NCBI GenBank assembly: GCA_001871015.1
Contig: MNUO01000046.1
Location: 1-53,917, forward strand
DNA: 53,917 nt
Direction: 5' to 3'
Source of the DNA: Candidatus Desantisbacteria bacterium CG1_02_38_46
GTDB lineage: Bacteria; Desantisbacteria; UBA1551; UBA1559
The position numbers and the translations under genes were made by a program. The notes beneath the pieces are model-generated. The model was given only the letters and a program-made list of their open reading frames with translations. It searched no databases and was not told the DNA's origin. This document shows, piece after piece, positions 1-11,264 of this stretch (its first letter is position 1; every line of letters begins with the position of its first letter).

Positions 1-1095
<1,095 letters not shown>

Positions 1096-1102
1096 ACATT
1101 TG

Positions 1103-1121
1103 CAATTTTCAAAGAACTTTT
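1103..1121 (-). promoter_or_regulatory. boxA-like antitermination motif just upstream of 23S
   Basis: Minus strand reads AAAAGTTCTTTGAAAATTG, resembling the rrn boxA GCTCTTTAACAA. Nearly the same string precedes 16S at 3669-3686. Confidence 0.45.
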
Positions 1122-1126
1122 GATTA

Positions 1127-1852
1127 CTAACGCTCTAAACAAAATCCTTCATATGCCATTCCGAAGTGTCTGGATTGTAACTCAGGATTTTGGATATATG
1201 CCATTATTCTATCCCCGGGTTTAAGTTGTTTCATAGACTTAGGTCTTCCATCCCTGCATACTAGGGGAACAGTCTCAGCATCCTGGACGATTGTTTCCAC
1301 ATCAAGGTCAGCACAAATATTTGTTTGTTTATTTCTATATTTCTCAACATCTAAAACGCTAATTGGTTTCCCGGTTTTTCTTTCTTTGAGATGAAAAATC
1401 GACCTATATCCATTAAAGTAGTCTTGGCCCTCGCTGTATAAAAGTTTAAAAATAACGCTACCTCGAATCCTGTGTGTTCCTCTAATCAAAAGCATCGGTC
1501 TGGGTTCAATTTTGCTTCGCGCAACAGTATTTACTGAAGTTTTCCCTTTTGAATCTACTGTAAACAGTGCATCTCCTGGTTTAAGTTCATTAAGGTATTT
1601 CGTAGTAAAGTTGCTACAAAGTACATACATAGAAACCGGACCTGCATTAACCCTGGCAGGACGTTTACTAACAAATTGATTGGGCATAGTTTCACAATGA
1701 ATTAAAAACAAAGAACGATTATAAGAACCTACGAGCAGACCATGCCCACTTTTGAAGTTGGACATCATATCCAGGCAAACACGATCCCCATTTCCAATAG
1801 GCTTTATCTCCTTTATTTTGACAGGATGCAAATGCTTGAGCACAAATTCCAT
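1127..1852 (-). CDS. Stand-alone homolog of the C-terminal half of 3-dehydroquinate synthase II (archaeal-type DHQS family), encoded in the 16S-23S spacer
   Basis: ORF 1127-1888. Segments PIGNGDRVCLD, LLVGSYNRSLFLIHCET, RPARVNAGPVSMYV, TKYLNELKPGD, KIEPRPMLLI, QDAETVPLV and RHFGMAY match remembered motifs of DHQS-II C-terminal domains. Start is placed at Met13 (ATG 1850-1852) because AAGGTG lies upstream and the first ATG overlaps the tRNA-Ala 3' end. Confidence 0.6.
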   Translation of the reverse strand: MEFVLKHLHPVKIKEIKPIGNGDRVCLDMMSNFKSGHGLLVGSYNRSLFLIHCETMPNQFVSKRPARVNAGPVSMYVLCSNFTTKYLNELKPGDALFTVDSKGKTSVNTVARSKIEPRPMLLIRGTHRIRGSVIFKLLYSEGQDYFNGYRSIFHLKERKTGKPISVLDVEKYRNKQTNICADLDVETIVQDAETVPLVCRDGRPKSMKQLKPGDRIMAYIQNPELQSRHFGMAYEGFCLER

Positions 1853-1887
1853 TTTTGCACCTTTTCTTAAACTACCTTTTGGTTTCA

Positions 1888-1962
1888 TGGTGGAGATGAC
1901 CCGATTTGAACGGGTGACCTACTGCTTGCAAAGCAGCCGCTCTACCTCTGAGCTACATCCCC
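1888..1962 (-). tRNA. tRNA-Ala (UGC), CCA encoded
   Basis: Reverse complement is GGGGATGTAGCTCAGAGGTAGAGCGGCTGCTTTGCAAGCAGTAGGTCACCCGTTCAAATCGGGTCATCTCCACCA. It folds as a cloverleaf with anticodon loop TTTGCAA and a G3:U70 pair. Confidence 0.95.
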
Positions 1963-1968
1963 TTAACC

Positions 1969-2045
1969 TGGTGGGCCTATCTGGGTTCGAACCAGAGACC
2001 TTACCCTTATCAGGGGTACGCTCTAACCAACTGAGCTATAGGCCC
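1969..2045 (-). tRNA. tRNA-Ile (GAU), CCA encoded
   Basis: Reverse complement is GGGCCTATAGCTCAGTTGGTTAGAGCGTACCCCTGATAAGGGTAAGGTCTCTGGTTCGAACCCAGATAGGCCCACCA, with anticodon GAT. Confidence 0.95.
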
Positions 2046-2060
2046 CTGGCCTAATAAAAA

Positions 2061-3630
<1,570 letters not shown>

Positions 3631-3668
3631 TAAATTTTTAAATTTCCAAAAGTTTGGCTCGACTCAAA

Positions 3669-3686
3669 CAATTTCAAAGAACTTTT
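3669..3686 (-). promoter_or_regulatory. boxA-like motif in the 16S leader
   Basis: Minus strand reads AAAAGTTCTTTGAAATTG, a near-copy of the motif at 1103-1121. Confidence 0.45.
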
Positions 3687-3698
3687 TTCCTATTTTAT

Positions 3699-3727
3699 AT
3701 TATATCACAAATTTTGCATTTTGTCAA
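3699..3727 (-). promoter_or_regulatory. Consensus sigma-70-type promoter of the rRNA operon
   Basis: Minus strand has TTGACA (3722-3727), a 17-nt spacer and TATAAT (3699-3704). Confidence 0.7.
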
Positions 3728-3746
3728 GTCCTCGCATTGAATTTTT

Positions 3747-4946
3747 CTATTTTAATTCTTTTTTGTTTTCCCAGACTTTTGTAATCCCATCAATAATGTT
3801 TTTCATATCTTCTTTTTTTGCCAAAAGAACAGGGTGGTTTATCCATACTGCTTCTTTACAAATTTTTTCTGCATTGGGACAAAATACTTTTGAATAATCT
3901 ATTTTCTTTCCATAATAAGGACAGGAAATGGGGCAGAACTTTGGTCCTTTTCCTTTTTTTTGAAAAAGTGGATTTTTGTACAGGGGAACAGGATAACCAG
4001 CCCAAGCAGGAATACCTTCAGCTTTAAGGGCAGCCAAAAATTTTTCTCTGGTGATTCCATTCCATTTTTCCTTTAGAAATCTAAAAATATACAGATGGTA
4101 CGAACGCCTTGTAACCCTCGGGTCCCTTTTCATTAAAGAAATACCTGGAATATTTTTTAAATTTTCATCCAGATATTTCGCATTTTCTTCCCTTTTCAAA
4201 GTCTGTTCTTCTAATCGCGTTAACTGTGCCAATAAAATTGCTGCTTGAAGTTCAGTCATTCGATAATTACTTCCTAAAAGAAAATGTTCATAAAAACCTT
4301 TTCCTTTTGCTCTTCCACAATTGGAGTAACTTCTCGCTGTTTCTACCAACTCTTTTTTATCGCTAAGAATAATTCCTCCCTCTCCACTTGTAATATTTTT
4401 ACTCATCTGAAAACTGAAACAACCACAATCTCCTAATGCGCCGGTTCCCTTCCCTTTCCATTTGCTTCCCCAGGAATGACAGGCATCTTCGATAATTCTT
4501 AATTTATATTTCTTTGCAATTTTATTCAAAGCATCCATATCACAGGGAAGTCCAGCAAAATGGACAGGAATGATTGCTTTTGTGTTCTTAGTAATTTTCT
4601 TCTCTACATCAGAGGAGTCAATATTTGAAGTATCCAGGTCAATATCTGCAAAAACAGGAATTGCATTTACTTTCAAAACAGCACTTGCTGTTGCCATGAA
4701 CGTATATGGAGGAATAATTACTTCATCTCCGGCACCAATTCCGCAAGCCAATAAAGAAATTTCCAGTGCAGCAGTTCCATTTGTGCAGGTAACACCAAAT
4801 TTTGTATCCTGGAACTCTGCATATTTTTTTTCAAATTCTTTTACTTTTTCTCCATACCACCACTTCCCGCTTTCAAAAACTTCCAGTAAATTTTTCCTTT
4901 CTTCTTCCCCAAATACTGGCCAGGAAGGAAATGCTAATTTGGACAT
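3747..4946 (-). CDS. DegT/DnrJ/EryC1/StrS-family PLP-dependent aminotransferase
   Basis: N-terminus is FPSWPVFGEEERKNLLEVFESGKWWYGEKVKEFEKKYAEF, with TNGTAALEI and FSFQMSKNITSGEGG (PLP-lysine region). ATG 4944-4946 is preceded by GGAGTGAGG and lies 7 nt after the rplQ stop. Confidence 0.85.
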   Translation of the reverse strand: MSKLAFPSWPVFGEEERKNLLEVFESGKWWYGEKVKEFEKKYAEFQDTKFGVTCTNGTAALEISLLACGIGAGDEVIIPPYTFMATASAVLKVNAIPVFADIDLDTSNIDSSDVEKKITKNTKAIIPVHFAGLPCDMDALNKIAKKYKLRIIEDACHSWGSKWKGKGTGALGDCGCFSFQMSKNITSGEGGIILSDKKELVETARSYSNCGRAKGKGFYEHFLLGSNYRMTELQAAILLAQLTRLEEQTLKREENAKYLDENLKNIPGISLMKRDPRVTRRSYHLYIFRFLKEKWNGITREKFLAALKAEGIPAWAGYPVPLYKNPLFQKKGKGPKFCPISCPYYGKKIDYSKVFCPNAEKICKEAVWINHPVLLAKKEDMKNIIDGITKVWENKKELK

Positions 4947-4953
4947 TTCAACC

Positions 4954-5295
4954 TCACTCCACAAATTCTAATATTGCCTGAACTGCTCCATCTCCTTTTC
5001 TATTTCCAATCTTTATAATTCGGGTATATCCTCCAGCACGTCCTGCATATCTTTCAACGTATTGTTGGACTTTAATAAAAGTTACCCTGTCCCTTACAAC
5101 CTGAGAAAGCCTGGCATAATTTTTATGTTTTCCCAGGGTAATTATCCTATCTACCACCTTCCTTCCATCTTTAGCAATTGGAAGTGTAGTTGTAACCTTC
5201 CCTTTCGAAAATAAAGAAATTACTAAATTGCGGAACATCGCTTTTCTATGCGAAGAGGTCCTGCCAAGTTTTCTATAACCAGCGCGATGACGCAT
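4954..5295 (-). CDS. rplQ: 50S ribosomal protein L17
   Basis: MRHRAGYRKLGRTSSHRKAMFRNL. Start is at the internal ATG 5293-5295; the upstream extension in the ORF track is non-homologous. Confidence 0.93.
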   Translation of the reverse strand: MRHRAGYRKLGRTSSHRKAMFRNLVISLFSKGKVTTTLPIAKDGRKVVDRIITLGKHKNYARLSQVVRDRVTFIKVQQYVERYAGRAGGYTRIIKIGNRKGDGAVQAILEFVE

Positions 5296-5303
5296 ATTAT
5301 TTC

Positions 5304-5335
5304 CTAAAGTCCAATTGAAACATCGGACCGCTACA
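5304..5335 (-). repeat. Conserved leader hairpin element upstream of rplQ (copy 1)
   Basis: Minus strand reads TGTAGCGGTCCGATGTTTCAATTGGACTTTAG. It matches the rpsD leader at 7013-7043, with stem GTCCGAT/ATTGGAC. A partial third copy lies at 5387-5403. Confidence 0.7.
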
Positions 5336-5409
5336 ATGCAGAGTAAACTCTGCACTTCCAGAGTGCCTACTTTTGGCCACTACGATGTCGCAGACCGCTA
5401 CATTTACTT

Positions 5410-6366
5410 TCATTCCCTCTTTTTAGATTTTTCTTCTGCTAAAGTTAAACCCAATTTACTCAGTTTTTCTTTTATTTCATTTAATGATTTCTTCCCGAAA
5501 TTCTTCATCTTCAAAAGTTCATTTTCTGTTTTCTGTGTAATTTCGCCTATTGTCTTTATGTTAAACTCCTTTACACAGCTGGATGCCCGGACCGATAACT
5601 CCATCTCTTCTATGCTCTGGTTCAAAATCTTTTTCCGGAGATCCTCCTTTTCATCCAATAAATCACCTCTGTCTTCACCTTCTTTTAAATCAATAAGGAA
5701 ACCAGCGTAATTTCTTAAAATTTTTGCACAATAGGTCAAAGCTTCATGAGGAGTGATACGACCATCTGTCCAGATTTCCATTATTAAGCGATCATAGTTA
5801 GTAATTTGTCCAACACGAGTTTCCTCTACGGCATAACTTACCCTTCGTGCTGGAGAAAATATAGAATCAATAGGAATAACACCAACGGGCTGATTTTCTT
5901 TCTTATTCATTTCACTTGGAACATAGCCTCTTCCCTCTTCCACTCTCATTTCCATATTAAGGGAAGCGTCGGGTTCTGTTAAAGTAGCAATATGTAAATC
6001 AGAATTTATTATTTTCACTTTTTTGCTGGTTATAATATCACTTGCTTTTATTTCCTTTACGCCTTTTGCCTTTATGTAAATTGTCTCCGGACCTTGCCCA
6101 TCTAATTTAACCAACAAACTCTTTAGATTTAGTATGATATTCAATACATCTTCCAGCACTCCGGGAATAGTTGAAAACTCGTGAAGCACTCCATCAATTT
6201 TCACAGATGTAACAGCAACGCCTGGCAATGAAGAAAGGAGAATTCGTCGTAAAGCATTACCAATAGTAATTCCGTATCCTCTTTCTAACGGCTCGACTAC
6301 TAATTTACCGTAAGTGGAAGTCTTTTTTCCCCATATAATTTTCTTAGGTCTTTCTAATTCCTTCAC
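5410..6366 (-). CDS. rpoA: DNA-directed RNA polymerase alpha subunit
   Basis: GYGITIGNALRRILLSSLPG plus a C-terminal domain with ELSVRASSCVKEFNIKTIGE. GTG start with AAGGAGG upstream. Confidence 0.95.
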   Translation of the reverse strand: MKELERPKKIIWGKKTSTYGKLVVEPLERGYGITIGNALRRILLSSLPGVAVTSVKIDGVLHEFSTIPGVLEDVLNIILNLKSLLVKLDGQGPETIYIKAKGVKEIKASDIITSKKVKIINSDLHIATLTEPDASLNMEMRVEEGRGYVPSEMNKKENQPVGVIPIDSIFSPARRVSYAVEETRVGQITNYDRLIMEIWTDGRITPHEALTYCAKILRNYAGFLIDLKEGEDRGDLLDEKEDLRKKILNQSIEEMELSVRASSCVKEFNIKTIGEITQKTENELLKMKNFGKKSLNEIKEKLSKLGLTLAEEKSKKRE

Positions 6367-6378
6367 CAGAACCTCCTT

Positions 6379-7002
6379 TTATTTAGAATAAAACTCCACT
6401 ATTAATGCTTCCTGAATGGGCAGACCAGATTCCTCCATGGTGGGAAATGACTTTACAATTCCTGCAAGATTTGTTTCATCTATTTCAAGCCAGGAAGGTA
6501 CTCCTCTCTCCGCGGCGAGAGACATCGATTCCTTAATTCTTTCAAGCAAACCAGAACCATCATTTATCCTTACTACATCTCCTATCTTAATCTGGTATGA
6601 CGGAATATTGACCTTTTTATCATTTATGAGAATGTGTCCATGCGTAATAAGCTGGCGTGCTTCAGCCCGAGTGGAAACAAAACCAAACCTGAACACTACA
6701 TTATCAAGTCTCCTCTCCAATAGTCTGATTAAATTTTCTCCAGTGATTCCATTCTCTTTCCGTACCCGAAAAAAATAATTTTTAAATTGACCTTCCATTA
6801 TGCCATAAATCCGGCGTAATTTCTGCTTCTCCCTCAAGCGAATTGCGTAATCAGTCGGCTTTCGTGGTTTCTGACCATGTTCACCAGGACGATAAGATCT
6901 GCGGTCTAACATGCATTTTGTTAAGCATCTTTTGCCTTTTAGAAATAGTTTAACTTTTTCCTGACGACACATTTTACATTTCGGACCAATATACCTACCC
7001 AC
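6379..7002 (-). CDS. rpsD: 30S ribosomal protein S4
   Basis: MGRYIGPKCKMCRQEKVKLFLKGKRC ... LERRLDNVVFR. GTG start after GAGGAGG. Confidence 0.95.
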   Translation of the reverse strand: MGRYIGPKCKMCRQEKVKLFLKGKRCLTKCMLDRRSYRPGEHGQKPRKPTDYAIRLREKQKLRRIYGIMEGQFKNYFFRVRKENGITGENLIRLLERRLDNVVFRFGFVSTRAEARQLITHGHILINDKKVNIPSYQIKIGDVVRINDGSGLLERIKESMSLAAERGVPSWLEIDETNLAGIVKSFPTMEESGLPIQEALIVEFYSK

Positions 7003-7012
7003 TTTTCCTCCT

Positions 7013-7043
7013 CAAAGTCCGATTTGACATCGGACCGCTACAT
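7013..7043 (-). repeat. Conserved leader hairpin element upstream of rpsD (copy 2)
   Basis: Minus strand reads TGTAGCGGTCCGATGTCAAATCGGACTTTGAG, with stem GTCCGAT/ATCGGAC immediately 5' of the SD. Confidence 0.7.
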
Positions 7044-7047
7044 GTAT

Positions 7048-7422
7048 TCATACCCTTCTCCTCTTGGGAGGTCTACAACCGTTATGGGGAATTGGTGTTA
7101 CATCTTTAATGGAAGTTATCTCAAGTCCTGCTATCTGTAATGCCCTGACAGCAGTTTCCCTGCCTGCACCCGGACCTTTTATCTGAACACTCACCTCTCT
7201 TACTCCTTTCTCTATTGCTTTCCTTGCAGAAGAATCCGCCACTCTCTGGGCAGCAAAAGGTGTCCCCTTGCGCGTGCCCTTAAATCCAATGGTACCGGCA
7301 CTGGCCCACGATATGACATTTCCCTTTACATCGGCAATGGTAACGATTGTGTTATTGAAAGTGGATTGAATATGAGCGATTCCTCTAATTTCTCCTTTAA
7401 TTATTTTCCTGGGATTCGGCAT
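7048..7422 (-). CDS. rpsK: 30S ribosomal protein S11
   Basis: [22 protein letters not shown] ... [14 protein letters not shown]. Confidence 0.95.
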   Translation of the reverse strand: MPNPRKIIKGEIRGIAHIQSTFNNTIVTIADVKGNVISWASAGTIGFKGTRKGTPFAAQRVADSSARKAIEKGVREVSVQIKGPGAGRETAVRALQIAGLEITSIKDVTPIPHNGCRPPKRRRV

Positions 7423-7824
7423 TTATTTCTCCTCTTCTTCTAACATCTCGCGTGCCTTTCTTTTTATTGCGCCAATTGTTTTTCTGGGCCCCTTTCTTGT
7501 CCTGGCATTTGTCCTGGTCCTCTGTCCCCTCACTGGCAAATTACGAAGATGACGCATCCCTCTATAAGATTTAACATCGATTAATCTTTTTATGTTCATT
7601 GAAATCTCACGGCGCAGATCCCCCTCAATTTTATATTCCCTTTCAATTACATTTCTTAAACTTACTATTTCATTCTCTGTAAGTTCCTTAACCCGAGTAT
7701 CGGGATTGACACCTGTACTAGCCAAAATTTTCCGAGATGTCGTCCAACCAATTCCATAAATGTAAGTAAGAGCCGCTTCAACTCTTTTCCCTGCTGGTAA
7801 TTCTATGCCTGCAATTCTAGCCAT
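7423..7824 (-). CDS. rpsM: 30S ribosomal protein S13
   Basis: [10 protein letters not shown] ... [28 protein letters not shown] 7822-7824 follows AGGGAG. Confidence 0.95.
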   Translation of the reverse strand: MARIAGIELPAGKRVEAALTYIYGIGWTTSRKILASTGVNPDTRVKELTENEIVSLRNVIEREYKIEGDLRREISMNIKRLIDVKSYRGMRHLRNLPVRGQRTRTNARTRKGPRKTIGAIKRKAREMLEEEEK

Positions 7825-7843
7825 AATCACTCCCTGTCATTTT

Positions 7844-7957
7844 TTACCCCTGACGTTGTTTGTGTTTAGGGTTAGTACAAATAATTCTTATTACACCTTT
7901 TCGTCGGACAATTTTACACTTATTGCAAATAGGTTTAACTGATGCTCTAACTTTCAT
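7844..7957 (-). CDS. rpmJ: 50S ribosomal protein L36 (below the ORF-track size cutoff)
   Basis: Manual translation gives [37 protein letters not shown] followed by a stop. Confidence 0.93.
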   Translation of the reverse strand: MKVRASVKPICNKCKIVRRKGVIRIICTNPKHKQRQG

Positions 7958-7963
7958 AGTATT

Positions 7964-8182
7964 TCACTTTGACCTGTAAATTATTCTTCCCTTCGTTAAA
8001 TCATATGGAGAAATTTCAACGGTCACATTATCACCTGGTAAAATTCTTATGAAATGCATTCTCATCTTACCAGAGACATGTGCTAATATTCGATGCCCGC
8101 CTTCTAACTCCACGCGAAAAACTGCACTAGGAAGAGCTTCTATTACTTTACCCGTTACCCTCATTGGTTCTTCCTTAGGCAT
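7964..8182 (-). CDS. infA: Translation initiation factor IF-1
   Basis: [53 protein letters not shown], starting at the internal ATG 8180-8182. Confidence 0.93.
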   Translation of the reverse strand: MPKEEPMRVTGKVIEALPSAVFRVELEGGHRILAHVSGKMRMHFIRILPGDNVTVEISPYDLTKGRIIYRSK

Positions 8183-8942
8183 TCTTTCTCCTTGTATTGA
8201 GTTTTGTGAGAATTTGTGGTCCCCTTGTTGTAATGACGAGAGTGTGTTCAAAATGAGCAGACAGACTGTGGTCCTCGGTTGCAACTGTCCATCCATTATT
8301 TAATATTTTAACCTTCCAGTCGCCCGAGGCGACCATCGGTTCAATTGCCATAACCATACCTTCCCTTAAACGAGGTCCCCTGTTGGGTGGACCAAAATTT
8401 GGAATCTGTGGTTCCTCATGCAGGTTGCGTCCAATTCCATGTCCAACTAAGTCTCGAACAACAGAAAATCCATCTGATTCAACATGTTTCTGAATTGCAT
8501 GAGAAATATTGGAAAGCCTGTTCCCGACCCGAGCTTCGTCTATTCCGCAATAAAGAGCCTTTTCTGTGACACGCATCAGCAGGTCTGCAACAGAAGATAT
8601 TCCATCTACGCCAACAGTAAAAGCTCCGTCTCCATAATATCCGTTATTCAAAATTCCTATGTCAATACTTATTATATCCCCTGCCTTTAAAATCCTGGAA
8701 GAGGGTATTCCGTGTACAACTTCATCGTTTACCGAGGTGCAAATGCCTTCAGGGAATCCACGATATCCTTTAAAAGCCAGTTTAACTTTTTTCTTCACTG
8801 CTTCTCTCTCTGCACTCTCGTTTAAATAATTAGTGGTAATTCCAGGTTTAATTATTTTTTTTAATTCTTCTTGAATTTCTGCTACTATTTTACAGGCTTT
8901 TTCAATCTCTGCAATTTCCTTATCTGACCTTAGATAAATCAT
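8175..8942 (-). CDS. map: Methionine aminopeptidase type I
   Basis: [44 protein letters not shown]. Confidence 0.93.
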   Translation of the reverse strand: MIYLRSDKEIAEIEKACKIVAEIQEELKKIIKPGITTNYLNESAEREAVKKKVKLAFKGYRGFPEGICTSVNDEVVHGIPSSRILKAGDIISIDIGILNNGYYGDGAFTVGVDGISSVADLLMRVTEKALYCGIDEARVGNRLSNISHAIQKHVESDGFSVVRDLVGHGIGRNLHEEPQIPNFGPPNRGPRLREGMVMAIEPMVASGDWKVKILNNGWTVATEDHSLSAHFEHTLVITTRGPQILTKLNTRRKNA

Positions 8943-9511
8943 TTCAAGTACTTCCTAATTGTTGAAAAAATTTTTTCCTCAACTCCTTCGCCATCAATTA
9001 CTATCAAAAATCTTTTTTTCCTATAGTATTCCACCAGTGGACTGGATTCCTTTTCATAAACTTTCAATCTGTTTCTTATCGCTATTGGCTTATCATCGTC
9101 CCGCTGGTAAAGAAGAACCTTACGCCGCTTGCTCAATCGTCTAATTATCGTACTGGTTTTGACCTTGAGGTTGAACACTTTAAGGTTAGCACGTTTACCT
9201 AATATCTTCTCTAAAACTTCAGCCTGTTGAATATTTCGGGGAAAACCATCTAATACAAAACCTTTTTTTGCATCTGCTTTTTTCAGGCGTCTGCGAATAA
9301 TTGAGAATATTATTTCGTCAGGAACCAATTTGCCTTTGTTCATATAAGCCCTTACATGTTTAGCAATCTGGCTCGAATCTGCAAGAGATTTGCGTAAGAT
9401 TCCCCCTGTAGAAATATGAGGAACTTTACAAAATTCACTTATTCTTTTCGCCTGTGTTCCTTTCCCCGAGCCCGGTGGTCCTAATAGAATAATTCTTGAT
9501 GATAATCTCAG
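8939..9511 (-). CDS. adk: Adenylate kinase; 5' end uncertain because no canonical start codon is present
   Basis: The frame continues upstream of the tracked ATG and encodes IILLGPPGSGKGTQAKRISEFCKVPHISTGGILR (P-loop). There is no ATG, GTG or TTG between the upstream in-frame TAG and Met at 9343. Candidate starts are CTG 9509-9511 or ATT 9488-9493. Confidence 0.8.
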   Translation of the reverse strand: MRLSSRIILLGPPGSGKGTQAKRISEFCKVPHISTGGILRKSLADSSQIAKHVRAYMNKGKLVPDEIIFSIIRRRLKKADAKKGFVLDGFPRNIQQAEVLEKILGKRANLKVFNLKVKTSTIIRRLSKRRKVLLYQRDDDKPIAIRNRLKVYEKESSPLVEYYRKKRFLIVIDGEGVEEKIFSTIRKYLK

Positions 9512-10821
9512 AATCTTGTAGCCCTCCCAATCAATCTACCCTTCTTCATAAATCCTTCATAGTGGCGCATTAAGAGATGTGATTCTATCTGCTTCATTGT
9601 ATCCAGAGCAACTCCAACGACTATTAACAATGCTGTCCCACCAAAACTGAAAGGGATGTTGAACTTTCCCTGAATCATGTCAGGAACAATTGCAATTACT
9701 GCTACGCCAACAGCTCCAATCAGGGTTATACGAGTAAGAATCCAATCAATGTGCTCTGCAGTGGGTCTACCAGGTCTTATTCCAGGAACAAAACCTCCAT
9801 ACCTTTTCATATTCTCAGCCACATCTAAAGGATTGAAGACTATTGCATTATAAAAATAACAGAAGAAAATTATAAGTGGAGCGTATATAAGGGTATAAAA
9901 AATGTTTCCACTTTCAAGCCAGCCCGCAAAAGTCTTAAGAAATTGAAGTGGAATAATTTTTGCAAGCATTGTCGGAATCATAAAAACTGACATTGCAAAA
10001 ATAACTGCTATTACACCTGACATATCAACTTTTAATGGTAAATATGTACTCTGGCCCCCGTAGACCTTTCTACCAACAATGTGCTTTGCGTATTGAACCG
10101 GAATTTTTCGGACACCCTGCTCTATAAAAACAGCACCAACTATTGTCAGAAGAGCTATCGCTCCTATAAAAATTGCGATAAAAAGACTTAGCTGTCCAAT
10201 CTTCAAAAGTTTAAATGTTCCGGTAAAAGCCTGTGGAATTCTGTCAATAATCCCGGCAAATATAAGAAGGGAAATACCGTTTCCTATACCATATTCGGTT
10301 ATCTGTTCGCCAATCCACATCAGAAAAATTGTACCTGTAGTCAGTGTGAGCATAGTAAGTAAATAAAAACCAACTCCAGGGTTAATTACCAGTGGCATTC
10401 CTTCGAAACTTTGACTTTGCAACCATATGCTGATAGCAAGTGATTGGAATACACATATTAAGACTGTTGCGTATCTTGTCCATTGATTGATTTTCTTTCT
10501 ACCCATTTCTCCCTCTTTGCTCAATTGCTCTAACTGTGGAATAACCACGGTCAGAAGGGAAAAGATAATCGAGGTGCTTATATAGGGCATAATACCAAGG
10601 GCAAATATTGAAAATTTACTGAAAGCTCCTCCTGAAAACATATCCATAAGTCCCAATACTCCCTTTGTTCCGGTTTCAAAGAAAGCTCGCAGTGCATGTG
10701 TATCTATGCCCGGGGTAGGAATAAAAGAACCAAGCCTGAATACTGCAAGCATTCCCATTGTAAATAAAAGTCGTCTTTTCAACTCAGGTATCCTGAAAAT
10801 ATTCTGAAAAGCAGATAACAT
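9508..10821 (-). CDS. secY: Preprotein translocase SecY
   Basis: A 437-aa polytopic membrane protein with LGIMPYISTSII and GTALLIVVGVALDT, at the conserved position in the spc operon. Confidence 0.95.
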   Translation of the reverse strand: MLSAFQNIFRIPELKRRLLFTMGMLAVFRLGSFIPTPGIDTHALRAFFETGTKGVLGLMDMFSGGAFSKFSIFALGIMPYISTSIIFSLLTVVIPQLEQLSKEGEMGRKKINQWTRYATVLICVFQSLAISIWLQSQSFEGMPLVINPGVGFYLLTMLTLTTGTIFLMWIGEQITEYGIGNGISLLIFAGIIDRIPQAFTGTFKLLKIGQLSLFIAIFIGAIALLTIVGAVFIEQGVRKIPVQYAKHIVGRKVYGGQSTYLPLKVDMSGVIAVIFAMSVFMIPTMLAKIIPLQFLKTFAGWLESGNIFYTLIYAPLIIFFCYFYNAIVFNPLDVAENMKRYGGFVPGIRPGRPTAEHIDWILTRITLIGAVGVAVIAIVPDMIQGKFNIPFSFGGTALLIVVGVALDTMKQIESHLLMRHYEGFMKKGRLIGRATRF

Positions 10822-11264
10822 CAGTGACCCCCTAAAAATTGAATTGCCTTTCCACCTGCATTCTCAATTTTGCTCTTAGCACTTTTGCTAAAAGCATCAG
10901 CTTTTATTGTTAATGCCTTATTCAAATTTCCTGCGCCTAAGATTTTCACCTTTTTTTGTAGATTTTTTATCATACCTGTTTCAAATAATTCCTTTGGTGT
11001 TACAACATCTGTAAACCTGTCCAGATCTCCTACATTTATAATAGTATAGTCTTCTGAAATACGTGTAAATCCCCTTTTGGGAACCCGCCTGTAAAAAGGG
11101 AGTTGTCCTCCTTCAAATCCCGGCTTAGTATTTCCACCGCTGCGAGCTTTTTGTCCCTTGTGACCTCGACAGGATGTTTTCCCATGTCCACAACCCGGAC
11201 CTCTTCCTATTCTTTTTGGTTTGTGCCTGGAACCCAATTCTGGTTTAAGTTCCCAAAGATTCAC
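10821..11264 (-). CDS. rplO: 50S ribosomal protein L15
   Basis: KRIGRGPGCGHGKTSCRGHKGQKARSG ... FEGGQLPFYRRVPKRGF. Confidence 0.95.
   Translation of the reverse strand: MNLWELKPELGSRHKPKRIGRGPGCGHGKTSCRGHKGQKARSGGNTKPGFEGGQLPFYRRVPKRGFTRISEDYTIINVGDLDRFTDVVTPKELFETGMIKNLQKKVKILGAGNLNKALTIKADAFSKSAKSKIENAGGKAIQFLGGH

Noticed and set aside
1752-2054. Plus-strand ORF covering tRNA-Ala and tRNA-Ile. Similar ORFs at 35205-35438, 35269-35472 and 35360-35563 cover the tRNA-Thr/Gly/Tyr cluster.
   Set aside because: The sequence is fully explained by canonical tRNA cloverleaves, so these ORFs are incidental.
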